A DNA stretch of 63,092 nt, counting the filler, from Globobulimina sp. (taxonomy: Eukaryota), in assembly GCA_003354225.1 (NCBI GenBank). It is 43 parts of 43 records of this genome, joined end to end, with 100 filler letters (N's around TTAATTAATTAA, not from the genome) between each part and the next. Parts side by side here need not be neighbours in the genome. Positions count along the whole stretch, not along the records: positions 60,257 to 61,624 come from PIVH01017825.1; positions 61,725 to 63,092 come from PIVH01017826.1; 41 more parts are not named here. One strand, written 5' to 3'. Position 1 is the first letter of the stretch, and every line of letters starts with the position of its first letter. Positions 60,257 through 63,092 of this stretch are shown here, piece after piece. The position numbers were made by a program, and so were the translations under genes. Below the pieces are notes generated by a model. It ran no database searches. It was not told the origin of the DNA and saw only the letters and a list, made by a program, of their open reading frames with translations.

Positions 60257-60764
60257 ATAAAGGCGCTGATAAACCGAACCCAACGAGCACAGAACCGGTG
60301 GCAAATCCAATATTATTTGGAAACCATCTCATTACGCACACTATCGGTGATATATACATTGTGCCCACACCAACGCCAGTCATTACTCCCAATGTAATGC
60401 ACGTAAATGCAAAACTATAATCTGACTTAATGGAAAAATACGTCATTACCACACCTAATGTATACAGTAAGCAACCAAATGCTGCGGTTTTGCGATGACC
60501 ATATATTGTTTCACATTTCGCACCAACAAGAGTGAAAATGCCATTTGATACAAGTTGTATTGTAAAAAGCCAAGTAAGTTGATCCAAATAATAAACATAC
60601 ATTTCTTCAGTATTTCCATTATGTGAGGCCATGAATGATGCTAAATATGGCAAAATATTGCCAAATGCATAGATAAGTCCCATTGTCAAATTTACAACAA
60701 TTCCACCAAATATTGCTATGTATCCTTTTACTTTGTGGTTAACTGCGTGGTGTTTAACGTCCAT
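60257..60764 (-). CDS. MFS transporter, oxalate:formate antiporter-like, N-terminal fragment
   Basis: LTMGLIYAFGNILPYLASF, GVGVGTMYISPIVCVMRWFPNNIGFATG. Confidence 0.85.
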
Positions 60765-62475
60765 GCTGTGTTTTACAGAAACTGTCAGTTAGTGAAAAAA
60801 CTCATTTGTTTTATCAAAGAGTGCCAACTTTTTATTAAACTCTTCACTCGTACATATTTCCAAAATTATATTACAAATATGGCAGACGAAATTTTTCGCA
60901 AAATACTTATTGTGCCCTCAATCTCTTTCCGGTAAACAACAGGTCTCTGTTTCATCTGAACAGGTAACAAAAACACAATAATCGCACAACAACAAACAAG
61001 ATATATATACAAACAAAATAAAACGACAGACATGCAATTGAATTCAATCTGTATATTTACATTACCAAATGGTTTATTTGTCGCTTTATTTTGTTTATAC
61101 GCTCGTGATAATTATAACGTATATATCTTGTTTGTTGTTGTGACTATTATTGTGTTTTTGTTACTTGTTGTTTATAAATATTTTGCAAACAATGTTGTTT
61201 TGTTTCAGATTCGTTTTTGTTGAGATATTCCGCAGATTTGTTCGATAAGGCTGCACTGATCATGAGCCTAGGTTTCCTAATTAGTTTCCTAAATAGTTGC
61301 TAAATAGTAACTAAATAGTTGCACATTTTCGTTTTTGGTCAGAAATAGCAACTAAAAAGTCAAAGGTTTTTTTGGATTGCACTTGTTTACTCGATCATGG
61401 CTGATCCATCACCTTGTCCAATCTCATCAGAATTGGTCTTTATCATTGTATTACTAGTGATTGTATCTGGGATGTGTTACCATGCTTTTTTTAACAAGCA
61501 ACACCCACAAAAAAAGAAACGGAACAACAAACAAAAGAAAAAAAAGAAAAAACAGAAAAAACAAACCGATTTCAATGTAGTATTATTTGCAAATGGATTG
61601 TATGAAAATATGGAAAAACCAAATNNNNNNNNNNNNNNNNNNNNNNNNNNNNNNNNNNNNNNNNNNNNTTAATTAATTAANNNNNNNNNNNNNNNNNNNN
61701 NNNNNNNNNNNNNNNNNNNNNNNNTTATGATAAGCCTATTACATGATAGGCATATTCTTTATATACTGATTGTATGACATGATTGTTGTAGTACTGTATA
61801 TGCTTAGTATATATTTCTATCGATATAGCTCTGAGTTATAAAACATTTTTATTATTTGGATCGAGATATAATTATATTCCAATAAGCTTAGTCAACAGTA
61901 AACTGTGAAATTTATATATTTATCTCCAGACATATGCCTGAGAGCTGAACTAAAGAAACTTCAGCACCTTTTTTTATATGTTTCTGTTTCATCCTTTGTT
62001 TGCCCTTCTTTTTGAGGTTTTAATGTTGTACTTACTGCGGATGATAACTTTGGAATTTTATTAAAATTAAGTTTTGTACGACTTTCCAGATGATGATAAC
62101 AAATAATTATTAAAATTCCATTCTGTTTTAAGAATCATCATTAAATATGCCATCATTTAGAATTGAGAATAAAAAGTGCAATATTTTGGTGGTAGAATGC
62201 TGGTTTTGTGCCATATCAGTCGGTGTATTTTATGGTGAATCAGACTCATACCTGACGCCATTCGCTGTAAAACCCATAGATTCTCACTCTGCCCCATCGA
62301 TATTCTAATGCGACGTACAAATATCTTAAAGCAAATCCGGTGATACCAATGTCAAATAGAATAAGTCATCAAGCAAATTAAAATAAGTCATCAAGCAAAT
62401 GTCGTTCAGAAAGGTTGCAAATACATGATCAGAACTGATGTAATGCGGGAATTGCAAAAAGGGGATATACAGTAT

Positions 62476-63092
62476 TCACAGCAAGAAGCAGTTATGTGAT
62501 GGGAATTGAAGTAGCTTAGTTGTTGAGTGATTTCTAGCTTCAATCACTTGTTTCACATTGTTGCATGTCAATGTCTGTCTTTCTATATCTTGATTATCAG
62601 CAAAATTATCTGCGCTTTCATTGCTTTTTATATCAGTACGTTGCAACACCAACATTCTGGCATATTTGCCTTTGGGATGTGACGATATCTCTGCTATATG
62701 TGGTTGAATAAAAGGCACCGCATCAAAATCATTAAACAGCGCAGCACCAATTCCATGGCAATCATTCTCAGCCAATCTCTCATTTCTTTGTTTCAAAAAC
62801 AATGTACCCTCCGATATTTTAAATGTAGTATCCATTATTTCTCTCTTTTCTATTGTACCACCATCCAAATTCAACACATTGCGCGAGGCTAAAAACTCGG
62901 CAATTATACGACTTTCCAGATGATGATAACAAATAATTATTAAAATTCCATTCGGTTTTAATAACAATTCGCTTTGACGCAATGCTAACGATAGTTCAAT
63001 AAAAGAATTATTTATAAATCTCATCAATCCATTTAATGTGTTTTTGATTGGATGGTCATTTCGTATGAATGATGCTTTTCTTTTATTAAATA
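62476..63092 (-). CDS. Divergent RsmH/MraW (METTL15-like) rRNA methyltransferase, C-terminal part
   Basis: RFINN...LLKPNGILIIICYHHLESRII, PHIAEISSHPKGKYARMLVLQR. Confidence 0.7.
   Translation of the reverse strand, partial: FNKRKASFIRNDHPIKNTLNGLMRFINNSFIELSLALRQSELLLKPNGILIIICYHHLESRIIAEFLASRNVLNLDGGTIEKREIMDTTFKISEGTLFLKQRNERLAENDCHGIGAALFNDFDAVPFIQPHIAEISSHPKGKYARMLVLQRTDIKSNESADNFADNQDIERQTLTCNNVKQVIEARNHSTTKLLQFPSHNCFLL

Noticed and set aside
1-63092. Genome-wide TGA=Trp genetic code
   Set aside because: Several genes end at TGA followed by AT-rich UTR, and Trp is normally TGG.

Overview
This window is not one locus. It is 43 unrelated short contigs (1371 down to 1368 bp, sorted by length) joined by artificial 100-nt linkers (N-run/TTAATTAATTAA/N-run), so adjacency across linkers is meaningless. 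Most contigs are AT-rich eukaryotic DNA with short GT-AG introns (51-74 nt) and very tight head-to-head gene pairs. The gene families look protist-like, plausibly foraminiferan or rhizarian (my inference). Recognisable genes include PSD, WD40, RCC1, a UPF1-like helicase, a Rubicon domain, DHX37, ECD, proteasome beta-2, OXA1/COX18, an MFS transporter and RsmH/METTL15. One contig is Bacteroidota-like (beta-barrel OMP plus nupG). Mobile DNA comprises three non-LTR retrotransposon fragments, several MITE or foldback palindromes, and a 1250-bp cyclic unit encoding only a tyrosine recombinase. Best leads: (1) the solo-YR circle or tandem unit; (2) a 281-bp palindrome with a parvovirus-like Y-shaped apex at a contig end; (3) four genes broken by a single in-frame TGA/TAG where Trp would fit; (4) a hairpin-dense non-coding contig; (5) an NLS-bearing pseudo-peroxiredoxin. 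Many single-base frameshifts mean pseudogenes or sequencing errors are a live null explanation. All homology calls are by-eye motif recognition; no searches were run.
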